64,000 nucleotides of DNA from Guillardia theta CCMP2712. Its lineage: Eukaryota > Protista > Cryptophyta. Shown in pieces: positions 11,111 through 24,845 of the stretch. The translations under genes and the position numbers were made by a program. Every line of letters starts with the position of its first letter. Position 1 is the stretch's first letter. The DNA lies in contig NW_005434644.1 in assembly GCF_000315625.1 (NCBI RefSeq), positions 254,973 through 318,972 on the forward strand, in the 5' to 3' direction. The notes under the pieces are model-generated. The model had not been told where the DNA came from, did not search any database, and saw only the letters and a list, made by a program, of their open reading frames with translations.

Positions 11111-14100
11111 TTAGACCGCCCTGTTCTCAGGATGCAAGCTCCTCCCCTCGCCGGGGTAGAGGACCTCTCGCAGACAGGCCTGGTGCACGTATCCCCCGTC
11201 CATCTCCCGCAGCCTCAGCTGCCACTTGTACACTGACTTGTTGCAGACCTTGCATAACCCCTTCCTCTTCCTAACGTCCCTCCCCCGCCCCTCCGAGCAC
11301 GCGTAGTCCTCCGGGTCCGAGCACTTCTCGTAAGGGGAGACGGAGCGAGCGCGGGGGGTGAAGACGTAGCTCCCACCATCTCTCCTCCCTCCTCCTCCTC
11401 CTCCTCCTCCCGTCCCTCCTGCCACCTCCCCCTTGGTGTATGACTCCCCGTCACTCGAGTTCTCCCCACTCATGTAAGGGGGCGTTCGACCTGACCCGCC
11501 TGCTGTCCTCGGCCCTCCTTCCCGCTTCCTCAGCGGACGGCGCGAGGAGGGCTGGGCCCCTTGCGCGCTTGCATGCAGGAGGAAGCGGCTGCGGGCATGG
11601 AGGAGCTGCTGCGGCTGCTGCACGTCCGAGCTCTCAGTGTCTGCCGTGCTGGTGTCGCACGTGTTCCCTCCCTGATGATGCGCATGCGCCTCCTCCTCCC
11701 CCGCCTCCCCCGCTGCCGAGCCCGCCGCACCCGCCGCACTCTGCTGTCTCCAGCTGTACCTCACGGGCCTGAAGTCAGACTTCACGTCCCCCTTAGGGCT
11801 CCTCCAATCTTTCCCAGCTCGTGGCCAGCTGGGTTGTGTCTGCCAGCCGGATTGCGGGGTCATGCTGGGCGTCGTGCCGTCGGCCATGGCGGGGGGCGAG
11901 GAGACGAGCAGCTCCAGAGCTTCACCTCTAGGCCGCATGCTCGGCGAGGCTGCCGGCACCTTTTTATCCCCCCCTGCTCCCTCCCCATCTGGTGGCTGAC
12001 CAACGCGATCCGTCGCATGATACCCTGCTCCTGCTGGGGACCTGGTAGCCCTGGTGCCGTCTGACCGAGGAGCAGTTCTTCGATCTAGCGGCATCTGATC
12101 CGCAAACTCCGCGCGCAGTCCAGCAACGATGCTCTGACCATCCTCCAGGATGTCCTTCGCCAACTCCAGCTGCCTCCCACCAGCGGTCGAGCTAGCAGGG
12201 GCCTGCAGGCTTGGACCGGGGGACTGAAGTCCTCCTGAGAGGTACATGGACATCTCGAGCTGGGCGCAGCGCCTCCTCCACCTGCCAGTCCACAAAGACA
12301 GGTCAGCTGAAAAGTAGCTGGGGGAGAGGCGGGGCCGGACCTGTCAACCTCCGCAAGGATCTTCTTGTTTTCGTCCTGATGCTCGGCTACGATCCTCCTC
12401 TCCTCCTCCAGCTCAGTGAATTTTCGCTTCCACTGCTCCACCTGGGGGCAAGATGAGCGAGGGGTGGGGAGGGGAGGAGATGAGCGAGGGGTGGGGAGGG
12501 GAGGAGATGAGCGAGGGGTGGGGAGGGGAGGATGCAAGGAATGTGCCTCATCTCTTGCGACTTCGACCAGCTTCTGCATGGCCTCCATGTCGCCCTGCAC
12601 CATGTGGTTGAGAGATCAGGTAACTGATAGCGAGTCTGGAGGAAGGAGGAGAGGACGAGAGGACGAGAGGACGAGAGGAGGAGAGGGGAGAGGACGAGAG
12701 GACGAGAGGACGAGAGGAAGAGAGGACGAGAGGATGGAGCAGGAGAGTAGGAGAGAAGAGAAGCCAGAAGAAGGACAGAGGGAGGAGGAGAAATGGGAAG
12801 GGAGATAGGGGAAAGGGGAATGAGGAGATGGTGGAGTCGAGGGGGAGGGGGGAGGGAATAGAGCAAAGAGAAAGACAGGGAGGGATACGAGGGGCGGTAG
12901 GGGTAAGAAAGGGGAAAGGAGGATGGAGTGGCAGAAGGCGAGAGGGAGGGAGGAGATGTTAAACCTGCATGTTCTTGTTGCTCATCTTGACGAGCGCGTG
13001 TATCTCGTTCTTGATCTGCAGCTGATTCTTGAGAGTCGCGACCTGGCCAGCAGCAGGGCAAGAGCGTCAGACTGCTGGGTCAACGAAAACCGCAACATCC
13101 CTGACCATCCATCCACCCCTCCTCCAAGGCTCCTGCACCCACCTGAGCCTTGCACTTCTGCTCCTCCTCCTCCCGCGCAACTTCACTCTGTCGCAGTCGC
13201 TCCTATTACAGCAGGTTTGACATGTCACGTGCCATCTCGCAAACAGCTCCTGACCCACCTGCAGCCTGCCGATCTCCAGCTGGAGCCGGTTGGCATGATC
13301 CGCTCGCCGCGGGGACTGAGGAGCAGCGCGAGGAGACCTGGAGATCGCCAGGTCAGCGTCAGCTGGGGAAGCACTAGCAGCAACCTGGCGTGCCCGTCGA
13401 AGAGCTCAGCTGCCTGCGAGCGAGGAGAGGCGAGCGGAAACCTCTTTGTGTCCTGCCAAGGAGGGTCAGACTGCGAGCCGCAGGACCTTGGACGTGCTCG
13501 AGGCCTCACTGAGTAACTTGGCGCGACAATGACGGCGGAAGAGGAGCGAGGGGTGCTAGGGACGGGGTGGAGGTGCAGCGGGAAGGACCTCTCCTCCGTC
13601 ATGCTCGTTGCCTTCTCGCAGAGCTCCTGCGATGCTGGTGAGGGGGAGGAGAAGGGAGGAGGAGGAGGGCGGCTCACCTTCACCGACTCACTTTGCTGCA
13701 GGAGGGGAGCAACAAGCGTAGAGTCAGACACAGGGGAAAGGAGGGGAAGGCAGCGAGTGACCTGGAGGCCAGTGAGCTTGCCCAGGGCGCTGATCATGAG
13801 CGTGCGGTCGTATCCGAGGGACGCGAACTTCTCCCCGAGCATCTCCAGGCAGTCGCAGATGCTGTTGAGCCTCAACTCTGTGCCGACGAGGATCTCGGAC
13901 GAGCCCCTCACGAACGACTCCATCGATGCCTTATCCGCCATCTGCTCCTTCCTCAGCATGTCCCTGCACTGGTGCAGCTCTCGCTCCAGTGCTGAGTTCT
14001 GCTCTAGCATCTGCAGGCGCTTCACCCCCCAGCTCACACCTCAGGGCGCGAACTCACCGACGCGAACTGCTGGAAGAACTGCTCTTCTGCCTCCTTCATG

Positions 14101-15141
14101 TCTCGCGGTCACGTTGCCAGCAGCAGGAAGAAATCGTTCAGTCTCACCTGCTTCTCCTTCCGGACGGTGTCAAGCTCTAGCCACGCCAGCCTCGTCTCCA
14201 TCTGAGCCGCCAGGGCATGTCAGGAAAGCGGGGCGAGACGAGACTGGCTACCGAGGGCTTCAGCTCCGAGCTCAGGGAGCTCGTGAGCTCAACAAGCAGG
14301 AGCTTCGAATGTTGGATCTCCTGCATCAGGGACTGCAGGCCCTCCCTCTTGTCCTTGTTCACATACTCGTGGGTGTGCTGCAGGGACGAAACAATCAGTC
14401 AAGGAGCAGCAGAGGCAGCGGTGGCGCCGCAGGTGTACCACTCGAGCCCTGAGCTTGTCCACGTCCATCTTCGACTTGGCGAACGCTGCAAGGAAAGGCG
14501 TCACAACAAGCAGCTCAGCCACGACCGGCGAATGCTTGCCTGCCTGACAGCTTCTCAGCTCCTCCTCCAGCCCTCTGACTTTCTCCTCTAGTCTCACAGC
14601 CTGGCAATGAAGGAGAGGGAGTAAGTGCCTGGTGATCTGCCAGAGAGAGTTCGTGCCGCACCTTCTCAAACAGGAAGTTCTTTCCGATCGGAGATTCTTC
14701 ACCTCGGCGTCATGCTCGTGCTGCCATCCTACATCATCCCGCCTTCCTGCTCATCCTCGCTAAAGCGTACCGGGTGCGGCGTCCGGCCGTTCTTCAGGCT
14801 CAGGATCTGCCTCAGCTCCGAGATCTCGTGATCCTGTGGGTGCTCTCAGCATCCTCACTTACAGCGCGTCAGGGTGCTGACCCTCTTCTTGAGAAGCTCC
14901 TTCAGCCTCACGCTCTCTGCGCTCGTTCAGTCACGGATACAAACTGCAATCAGAATCACTGGGAACCTTCTTTGTACGCGTTCGCTCCGGCACGCATGGC
15001 GCGGAGGAGCGTCCTCAGCTTCGCAGGATCACTCGGCAGGTTGTCAACATCCCTTGACGTGTTGAGGGATCGGTTGCTTGCTGAGCTGGAAGGAGAAGAG
15101 TTCTCCGAGGAGGCAACGTCGTCCAAGTCCTCGTGATCCAT
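11111..15141 (-). CDS. Hypothetical coiled-coil protein with C-terminal Cys/His zinc-binding-like motif (multi-exon)
   Basis: Starts MDHEDLDD; E/K/L/Q-rich exons separated by GT-AG introns; ends CKVCNKSVYKWQLRLREMDGGYVHQAC. Confidence 0.65.
12452..12533. repeat. 27-bp intronic tandem repeat, 3 copies
   Basis: Unit GATGAGCGAGGGGTGGGGAGGGGAGGA. Confidence 0.9.
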
Positions 15142-15923
15142 GGTCGTGCCGTGAAGCGCTATCTCTTAAGCTGCCTTCATCTGAAAAGAAGGATCACGAT
15201 CATGCCTGCAATGAGCTCTTCGACTCGTTAACAACGTCCTGGCATCGACATCAGCACCCAATAGACCACCGACATTTGTAAAAGCAGCATTGCGACCCAG
15301 GATGGCTAAATGGGGCTGCTACATCAAGAAGACTATCCTCAGCACAGCCCAACAGGTACCATCCTTTAAGTTCCGTCCTGTCTCTTTCTTCTCCTCCTCC
15401 TCTCTCCCCTGCCCCCCCCACTTCTTCGCCCTCCTTCCGGTCCGATCCCTCCTCCGTCTTTGTTCAACTTGTCAACTCGAGCTGATCAACCCAGAAATCG
15501 GCTAAAATAAGATCTTTCTTGTAGAATTTAAGGTCTTTCTTGTTAAATTTGCTGACCTCCTCTTCTTTTGGTCATGAGATGTCCTTCGGCTGTGTTTGAC
15601 TTGAGGAGGGGGTAGGGGGTGAATTGAAGGGGGTGGGGGTACTTTGTGTAACAAATTGGAGGGAAATCAGGGGGGTACTCAACCTATGGAAATCCCCGTC
15701 ACCACGGGTAGCAGCAAAAATCTACCAGCGGGCTGAGGGGAAGGGGGGGTAGGCTGAGAAGTTGCTTCGCCTTTAAAGTTTACTCAAAGTTTACTTCGCC
15801 TCGGAGCCTCCGAGTGAAGTTGAACTGAGTCTAAACTTTCGGACTCTGTGGTCCCCCGGGCCGGCCCGGCCCGGTCAGTTACGCTAGTCAAGTACGGCGG
15901 TTATTTACGGGCCAGTCGGTGCT

Positions 15924-18657
15924 ATGATGGCAGGGGAGGAGGAGGAGCGACGGGGAGCGTGCGAGCTGCCGCCGATCACACCGAGAGGAGGAGAACGACT
16001 GATCTCCCCTCGTCCTCCTCCTCTCCCTTCCGAGAGCAGCTCGAGAGGAGGCAGGGCGATCGTGGCTGGAGGCGGCAAGTTCCGACGAGACAACCTTGAG
16101 CTGCTGGAGGAGAGATGGAGGAATAGGAAGGCCCCGGCGACACGAGAGAGCGCTCCTCCTCCTCCCCGCGCCTTCAAGATCTCTTCCTCTTCGGTGCCTC
16201 CTGTGCCTGTGCCGACGGCTGTTGAAGGGAGCGCAAGTTCCTGGGTGGAGCGGCAGCTGGAGCAGGTAAGGTTGTTTGCTTCAACACAGCTCGCGAGCTC
16301 CACAAAGCAGGAGGAGAGTGTCCGAATTCTCTCGACGCTGCTGGCAGAGCTCAAGGAAAGGAAGTTTGAGTCGGCGGAGAGCGAGCAAGCGGAGTCAGAT
16401 GCCAAGGAGCAAGACCACGAGCGAGAGATGGCCGAGTTCCAGGCCATGATGGCAGGGAACGACCTTGAAGCAGCGGAGCAGAAGCTCAAGGAGATCATTG
16501 CTGCTGCTGAAGAAGATGGAGAGATCGACGAGAACGAGCAAGCACAGATCGACCAGGCCAAGGAGCACCTCCGCGCCATGCAGGAGAAGAAGCGAGCCGC
16601 GGAGCAGCTCAAAGAAGAGCTGGAGAGAAAGGCAGCAGAGAAGGCCGAGCTGGCAGCGCTGATGGCTTCCAACGACGTGAAGGCAGCGGAGAAGAAGCTG
16701 CGGGAGATTATAGCTGCAGCTGAAGAAGATGGGGAGATCGACGAGGAGGAGATGAAAGAGATTCAGAAAGCTCAGAAGGACCTGGAGGCGCTGAAGAAGA
16801 AGCAGGAGAGGCTGGACAAGAAGGTCAAGAGAGCTAAGGAGGAGGTGGAAACAAAGAAGCTCCCTCCCCACCGAGAGGAAAGGGTTAGGATCTCCATGGC
16901 GGCCAAGCAGACCGCGCAGGAGAGGCTGAGACTGGCAACGGGTGAGGAGGAGGAGGAGGAGGAGGAGGAGGAGGAGGAAAGGTGTGCTGTCTGCTGACAT
17001 GATGCCTCCCTTGAACAGAGCTGCGTGCTCTCAAAGGGAAGTACGAGGAGCTGGCTGCCGACTACAAAAAGCAGATGTCGGACATTCAGAAGGTGGAGGA
17101 AGCGTTCGCCCTGACCCTGCTCGAGCTGCAGACGTCGAGGGAGCTGGTAGTCGAGCTGAAAAAAGAGGTCAGGAAGCCGAGGTATCGCCCAGCTGACGGG
17201 GTTTGCTGCAGCTGGCAGAGAAGGTGCAGGAGATAAACATGCTGAAGAAGGAGAAGAGCAGACTGGAAAATGAGGTTGAGAAGTATTCGCAGCTTGCCAA
17301 CGTCAGGAAGACACAACTTGTCGAGGTAACGATGAGGAGGATGAGGATGGAGATGATGATGATGATGACGACGACGACGTTGACGACGATAATGATTGTT
17401 TTACATGCTGCGTTGATTGCTACCGCTGTTGACCTGTCGGCGTCTGCCAGTTGAAACAAGCTTTCGACACTGTGAGGGCCAAGTGGGAGAAGGAGAACGG
17501 CGTGCTTACCTCGCAGCTAGACTCGGTCACTCAGAAGTTGGCGACTGTGTCCAAGGAGCTCGAGGAGGAGAGAAGGGAGAAGGAGAAGGTGAGAAGGAGG
17601 CTCCTCGTGCAGACCCCAGCTGAAGGTTCGCAGCTGGAGAGGAGCAGCAGGCGCAACGAGGATCTCGCGAGGCTGGAGAAGGACTCGGCGATGGTGCCAT
17701 GAGCGACCGCCCTGTGACTCGTCTGACTTCTCCCCCCCTCCAGCTGGAGAGGACCAACGGTGACAAGCTGAGAATCAGATGCATAGAGCTGGATGAGGAG
17801 CTGAGTGATGCGGTTGCTCGAGGGCTGCTGGGCTCGACCTGACATCCCTGCTCTTCCCAGCAAACACGGTGCTCCCGGCAAGAGAGGGAGCTGGCGAAGG
17901 TGAAGTGTCATCCTCTCACCTGGGAGTGACGAGCTGAGAAATTGTGACAGCTGGAGGGCGAGAACTCGAGCCTGAAGCAACACCTGCAAGAAGCTGCTCT
18001 GTGGCACCAGGGTGAGGCTGCACCTGGAGGTCAGCTGGGGTTGACAGCGGGTGTCAGCTCGAGTTGCTGCTCGACCAACCACGAAGAAGCTGCTGACGCT
18101 GCCGGTCGACGCGCAGGAAGTGACAATGCCACAGGTGTAGGGAGGGAGGGGGGGAGGTGAGGAGGAGGTGGTGGAGGTGGAGGAGGAGGAGGAGGAGATC
18201 AGGAGGAGGAGGAGGGGAGGAGGAAGAGGAGAGGAAGAGGAAGAGACGAGGAGAAGGAGGATTGTGAATTCAGGAGAGAAGTGTGGCCATNNNNNNNNNN
18301 NNNNNNNNNNNNNNNNNNNNNNNNNNNNNNNNNNNNNNNNNNNNNNNNNNNNNNNNNNNNNNNNNNNNNNNNNNNNNNNNNNNNNNNNNNTCACTTTCGA
18401 GCAGGTCGCTCTTTCTCATAACGAGTCTCTCAAGGGTTCTGCGTATCACGGAGTGTCCCATCGGTGAGGTTCAGAGGAGCAGAACCGAGGAGAATCAGAA
18501 GAGGAGTTGGAGGAGAGCGAAGGAGCAAAGAGGATGCTCGCGGGGAGGGATGAAGGAGGAGAAGGGGAAGGGAATGGAGAGCAAGGGGATGAGAAAGTAT
18601 TGAGAGAAGAGGGAAGGGGAAAGAAAAGAGGAAGGAAGGTGGTGGTGGTGATGGAGG

Positions 18658-18705
<48 letters not shown>

Positions 18706-18806
18706 ATGTGATTGATACCATGTGCTGCTTGACACCCCTCGCAGGGCGCGAGTCGTTGAAGCTTCTGACGAGCTCGAAGAGAGCTGGGCTTCACTTGTAC
18801 TTCTAG
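15924..18806 (+). CDS. Hypothetical coiled-coil protein with duplicated AAAEEDGEIDExE motif (multi-exon, spans gap; 3' end approximate)
   Basis: 357-aa first ORF followed by spliced coiled-coil exons; internal duplication with a 71-aa period. Confidence 0.65.
18291..18390. other. Assembly gap (100 N)
   Basis: N run. Confidence 0.99.
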
Positions 18807-18828
18807 CTGCCAATGAAGAGCATGTAGG

Positions 18829-21800
18829 TTACCCGACTCGCTCATCGCCCTCGTGAGATCCCCGCACCTTCCTTGCCCTCTGTTTTACTTGATATTCACA
18901 ACATACTCCCTCCTCTCCCACACCATCGTACAATCTTACACTACTCTCACAGCAAACAAGCTCCTCCTCCTCCTCCTCCTCCCCTCTCTCACTCCCTCTC
19001 CCTCTCCCTGACTTCCCCAGCTGTCGTCCACCAGCCTCTTGCTTCATCTCATCGGCGGCAGCACGGCAACAGCGCCGGACGACCTCACCGTACTCATCTG
19101 AGAGACTGTCCTCCACCTGCCACGTCATCAGCACCTCTGCCTTCCCGTTCTCCTCGCCCCTTGCCCTCCCCCTCCTTCCCCTTCCCTCCCCCTTCTCCTC
19201 CCTTTCCCCCTTCTCTCTCACTGATGCGTCTGCCCGTCGAAACATTCTACAGTGCACAGAGCTCGATTCTTCTCGTCTCTTCCTCCCACCACATAGAGGT
19301 TGCCTGCCGCCTCCTGTTCAAACATCCTCCGTGAGATCCGATATAAGGAATTCCAGCATTTCCTCCTCCTCCTCCTCCTCCTCCTCCTTCTCACCTCCAC
19401 CCCGCAGTTGTATCGAGCTGTTAACATCGGTGGCTCCGGCGACCAAGCTCCAGTCGTTGGGTCGAAACTCTCGACACTGGAGAGTTTGTTGTATCTGTAG
19501 AAGGAAGTCAGCAACCAAAATCGGAAGAGTAGCACATGCAGCTTTGACAATCAACGCTGATCCCCAGATCTCAAAATCTAAAATGTAAATCGAACCTCCT
19601 CTACATTCCTCCTCATCCCGCCATCTCCTCTATCTCATCCATTCCTCTCTCCTCCTCCTCCTCTCATCTTGACTCTTCACCTCTTGTCGACTCCTCCCAC
19701 CGCGTACAGCTTCCCCTTCATCACAGCAACCCCGCAGCAGTAGCGAGACGTGCTCATAGGAGCCACACTCTCCCACTTGTCCGTCTCGCTGTCGTATCCT
19801 GAGTAGGAAATCAACACCTCTCCTCCTCGTCCTCCCTCCCTCCTTCCCTCCCTCACTTGCTCCCCCCCTCCCTCTCTTCCACTACTCACTCTCTACTGTC
19901 TCCAAGTAGTCTCCGTTCTTCTCGACTGTTCCCCCGACAACGTAGAGCTTCCCATCCAGCACCCCAGCACCACATCCATACCTGCGAGGAGAGGGGGAAT
20001 GAAAGAAGGAGGTAACGTGCAAGGTCAAGGAGAGAGGAGGATAGAGGAGGACAGAGAATGGGCGTGTAAGCAAGCAACACAGTTCCTCCACCATGCCTCA
20101 CCTTCTCTCGCTCATAGAGGCGACTGGCGACCATTTCCCGCTCTCTGCATCGTAACACTCGGCCGTTTGCAAGCTCGAGTTTCTCTTGTCACCCCCCCGA
20201 CTATGTACAACTTGTTCTTGATCACTCCCACTGCAAGGAAGTACCTGCAAGCCCCTGCATCAGAACCTTGAAGGGACTCGAAGGATCTCTAGGGACCTCG
20301 CAGTCTGCATCGGGTGCTCGACTCGCTCCCACCGGTCCTCCTTGGAGTCATATCTCTCGATGTTATCCATAACTTGCTTGTTCTCATTTCTTCCGCCCAC
20401 CGCATACAAGTGGCCGTTGAGAACTCCAACCCCGCAGTTCCTCCTTGCCGTGCGCATCGGGGCCACCTGAGGACAGTGAGAAAGGAGGAGGAGGAACAAA
20501 GACACGTGCAGGGCCAAGAGCAAGAGATGTAACACAAGATGAAAGACAAGACAGCAGGAGACAGCAGGCATGACAGGCTTCACCGGGTACCACACATCCT
20601 CCACAGCCTCGTAGCGCTCGACGCTATCGAGATGATACAGCCCGTCTGAACCTCCTACAGCATACAACCATCCGCACTCGTTCCATCGCTTCCTGGCCCA
20701 AACCTCCGAGTAATTTCGCTGGTCCTCCTCTGTCATCGTCTGGTATCTGCAAGGCCATCAGACTCAATGTTTGAGACATCGCTGCGTCAAGACGCTGTCA
20801 ACTTACTTCTGTACGTCCGCAATCAACACGTCTAGAGTCGAACAGTCTCTTAAGAACGTAGTGTTCAAAAGTTGTCGTAGAGTGTTTTCAGCTAGTCTCG
20901 GCAGTCGAACAAGCCTGCAACAAAACATTACCTCACTTTTTCTCCTCCTCCTCGTGCTTCTTCTCCTCGCACCTCAACATGCTCTCCGCCACATGCCTTC
21001 TGGACTCAAAGTCGTGCTGCAACCATGTGACCAAGCCTTCCAAAACCACCTGCACAACAAGGAAAATTTTTCAGTCACCGCAAACCCCAGCTGAAAGTAG
21101 AGACCTGCTCGTTTGAGGCACGTAGTTTCTTGCTCTTGATGATCCTAGACATCTTCGCGGCGTCGAGGTCCAGCAGAAGTCCAGTGTGGTAGAGCTCCTG
21201 GAGGAAGAGGGTCAAGACGACCTATCAATCAGTACGCAGGGCTCCAACCTCGAAATGCTTCAGCGCAACCAACCTTGCCTTCCGTTTCAGTTTCAAACAC
21301 ACGACCTGCAGGCGCCTCAGACATGATCGTGTCCACACGCAGAGGGCCTCACTTGTTCTGCTAACGACCAATAGTGCAAACAATTGCGCCACGTGATTCT
21401 ATCCAGCAGGAAAGAACAGCATAGGTTCACTAGCCCGAGCACCTATAGCAAGATCGTGATCAGTTGGACCTCGATCACCATCGAACGACTTACTTCGCAT
21501 CTGTCCGCTGCGAGCAGAACCAGCTCCTGCGGCCTTGTCAACGCTCACTCAGCTCAGTCCAACACTTACGGCTGTGGAGTCCCGCAAAGAAACTTCCCCT
21601 GAGTAGAGGAAGCTAAGGACTCCCTGCACAGTCTTTACTACCACTGCGGCACTTCATGGACGCCTCGCACCTGAAACCCTTCGGCTGTGATCTCGTGGAG
21701 TTCGACTTCTCTCGCTTTGCTCTCACTGAAATTCTTGGTAAACATCGCGCGGAAGTGCGGACTGCCGGCAGCCAGCACAACGCGGTGCGCCTGGAATCTT

Positions 21801-22089
21801 GTTCCTTCCACCACAACATCCACATCGCACAGCTCACTGCAAAGCATCCGGTCACAACCTCCTCAGCGGCTGCACAGCAAACAGCGCACCGACTCTCCCA
21901 CAGGGACACGAGCTCTTTGCTCCTGTGGCTGTGAAACAAGGGATCGAGAACGGCTTCTCCGCTTCCATGCACCTGCACGGCAGCCATCACACGAGGAGCC
22001 AACAGGGAGGCTGATGGAATGGAGCCCACCGGGGTAGAGCATTGCGCGTCAGGCGATTCACTTCGCTGCCGCTTGCGAGGGTAGGACAT
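18829..22089 (-). CDS. Kelch-like protein (BTB-BACK-Kelch); 3' end approximate
   Basis: BTB: ELCDVDVVVEGTRFQAHRVVLAAGSPHFRAMF. Kelch repeats: LYAVGGSDG...SVERY, RRNCGVGVLNGHLYAVGG, RYCCGVAVMKGKLYAVGG. Confidence 0.92.
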
Positions 22090-23186
22090 GCACAAGTATG
22101 AGAACAATGTGCCTGCGACATGCTCAGACGATCAGGAACAACCCGTCCACCAAAACTTTCCCTTCCTTTGGAACTCAATGCCCTCTCCTCAACTTTTGTC
22201 TACTCTGCTGCCACCTTCTGATCATCATTTCTCTCCTCCCCCTTTATCTCTGCTCTCACTGCATCCTCTCTTTATCAAGACAATCTCTGCTTCTCCGCCC
22301 CCCAGCCCCCGGCCCCCCTCCACTCTTCTCCTTCCGCCCTTTGGCATGCTGCAAGTCTCGAATGACACGACATATATCAATTCGGAACAAGATTGGGGGT
22401 GGCCTTCAACGAACTTGCGCTCTACTGTTACCCCTTCATTCCTTGTCACTCTCCTCTCCCTGCCTGTTTTCCGCTGACAACTCATCTCATCAAAACTTTC
22501 TCAGCAACTCTGAAATCTCTCCCTTTACTTTCCACTCCTCAACCAGCGCCTCCCTTCCCTGCACTTCCTTCCTGCCAGCTTGGCTCGTGTGTTCCTATCT
22601 CGGCCCGTGCCGTACTGTTTCGGCCCTTCCCTCCCCTCCCCTTCCCTCCCCTGCTGCTCTCATTACCTTTCGTATCATCTTATTTTATCTTCTCACCTCC
22701 TCTCATCGCCTCCCCTATCCGCTCCTCCTATCATCCCCTCCTGCCATCTTCTCTTCTTCCGCTCTTCTTCTCATCTTCTATCATCTCCTCTCCTCCTCTC
22801 GCTCTTCCTCTCTTTCCGCCCATCCTACGCTCTCCCCTCCATGAAGGGCTGCCACCGCCCCTCACCCCTACCCTACCCTCTTCAACCCTCACACAACAAA
22901 TTTATTGAGTACCCTACCCTGACATTGTACAATATTTGCAACTACCCCCGAGATAAATAACCCCCCACTCTTACTACAAAAGTAGGGAACAGCAAAAATC
23001 TTCCTTAAGAACGGGTAGGGTGGTATTCAACAGATTGCCCCACCCCACCACCCCTACCTGTTGAGACTACTGCTGCCCTGCTGACAACCCCACCCCCAAG
23101 TGTGAGCTCGGACAGTTTGTCCTGATCTTTTGTCAGCACGGTCAATGGGAAGGCGGCCAAAGGCGGAGGAGGATGGCAGGGAGAGG

Positions 23187-24838
23187 ATGCAGGAGAGCGA
23201 GGAGAGCGCGGACGATGCCGAAGAGACTGAAGAGGAGAAGAGACCGGGAATGAGGAGGAGGAGGAGGAGGAGGATCCCGAATGAGGAGGAGGAGGAGGAG
23301 GAGGAGGAGGAGGAGGAGGAGGAGGAGGAGGAGGAGGAGGAGGAGGAACGTGGGCAAGCGAAGCAAAGGCTGCAAGCATCGAGACAACAGACAGCTGGAC
23401 ACAATGGGCAAGGTATGGGAGCACGTGAACAGGAGCTGCATCAGATCCTGAACAAGGATGTCGAGCCAAAGGCTGGTGTGGAAGAGATAGGACAGATCTC
23501 GAAGGGTAGTGCACAACGACCGGCCGAGGTTGACGATGGACAAGAGCGGCAGTTTGTCGAGACGCTCGCCAGAAAGTACTTGATGCTCCTGGCGAAGAAG
23601 TTCCCTGCATGTTTTGCCGAGGCAAGAGGTGACGTTTGTGTGCACGTAACTGTGTGCTGGTGAAGTTTCATGTGCACAAGATGCCAGGAGTGACAACCGG
23701 GGCAAACACATGAAGTCACCTGAAAACAGAGAAAAGATGAACCAGGTTGTCCGGCCGGTGCAGGTAGACAAGAACCGCAAGGCTACTGCAGAATGGGGTT
23801 GATTGGACGTGCAGGACTGCTGGAGGAGAACGTCGGAGTGCTTGTACGAGAAGTTCAAACCAGTCGGGGAGACGGTCTTGGAGGAGACTCTTAGGAAGCA
23901 GGTACATGATTGAGCATGAGCTGCCAACGTTGAAGATGCGATGGAAGCTGAAGACGGCGAAAGTCTGTGCGAAGAGCAAGAAGCTCTGCGTCCTCCTGTC
24001 TCTACAGGTGATCGAGTTTCGGGGACCTCCTGTGCTGACTCAACATCCCCCCACCTCCCTCGGAGTTCAGAACTCCCTCCTTCACCAAGAGATCGTCTCA
24101 GGCCCTGGGACCGAACACGAGTTTCAACAGCTTTCATGGGACAAGAGCAAGAGTTTCTTCGGGTGGACGGGTACCATCCCTTCTCCGATAGTTTGCCTTT
24201 TCCTTTGTGTCCTCTCCCGTGTACTTTCTTTCCTGTCTCTGCTCTCCCGCAATGTATGTACTTTCTTTCCCGTCTCTCCTCGCCCGCAATGTATGTACTT
24301 TCTTTCCCGTCTCTCCTCTCCCGCAATGTATGTACTTTCTTTCCCGTCTCTCCTCTCCCGCAATGTCGCTCCCTCCAGTCCCTTCTCCAGGTCGTCCCCC
24401 TTGACATGGGAATCTCAGGGTTCACAGTCGTCAATCCAGACGACTTCTTCTTCCGCTTCTACTCATTGCACAGACTAGTCATGTTCCTTGCATCTCGACG
24501 CCAAGGAGGTGCGGAGGATGCCTTGTACGTCTCCGCTTCCTCCTCCTCCTCTCCTCCTGGGTGACTTGAGACTCTAAGTGCTGGGGACGACATGGACCTT
24601 GTCATGTCGAAGCTCAAAGACGAAATGTACGAAGATCTGGACCTGTCCTGCGACGTCGTCAGTGGACTCTTTCACGACCTGGGGTTCAAAACGTATCTAC
24701 ATTCTATTATCAATCTTTAACGGCATTCCCCTTAACGTCGCTGCTCAGGTTGAGTTTCAAGCAGGCTCTGGGAGGATTAGAGCCATTTGTGTATACATGT
24801 ACAACATCCAACAAGAAGAAGGCCAGGGTGTAAAGTAA
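23187..24838 (+). CDS. Hypothetical protein with poly-Glu N-terminus (multi-exon)
   Basis: Chain of exons with GT-AG introns ending VEFQAGSGRIRAICVYMYNIQQEEGQGVK*. Confidence 0.55.
24219..24365. repeat. 37-bp intronic minisatellite, about 4 copies
   Basis: Unit GTATGTACTTTCTTTCCCGTCTCTCCTCTCCCGCAAT. Confidence 0.9.
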
Positions 24839-24845
24839 AGCTCTC

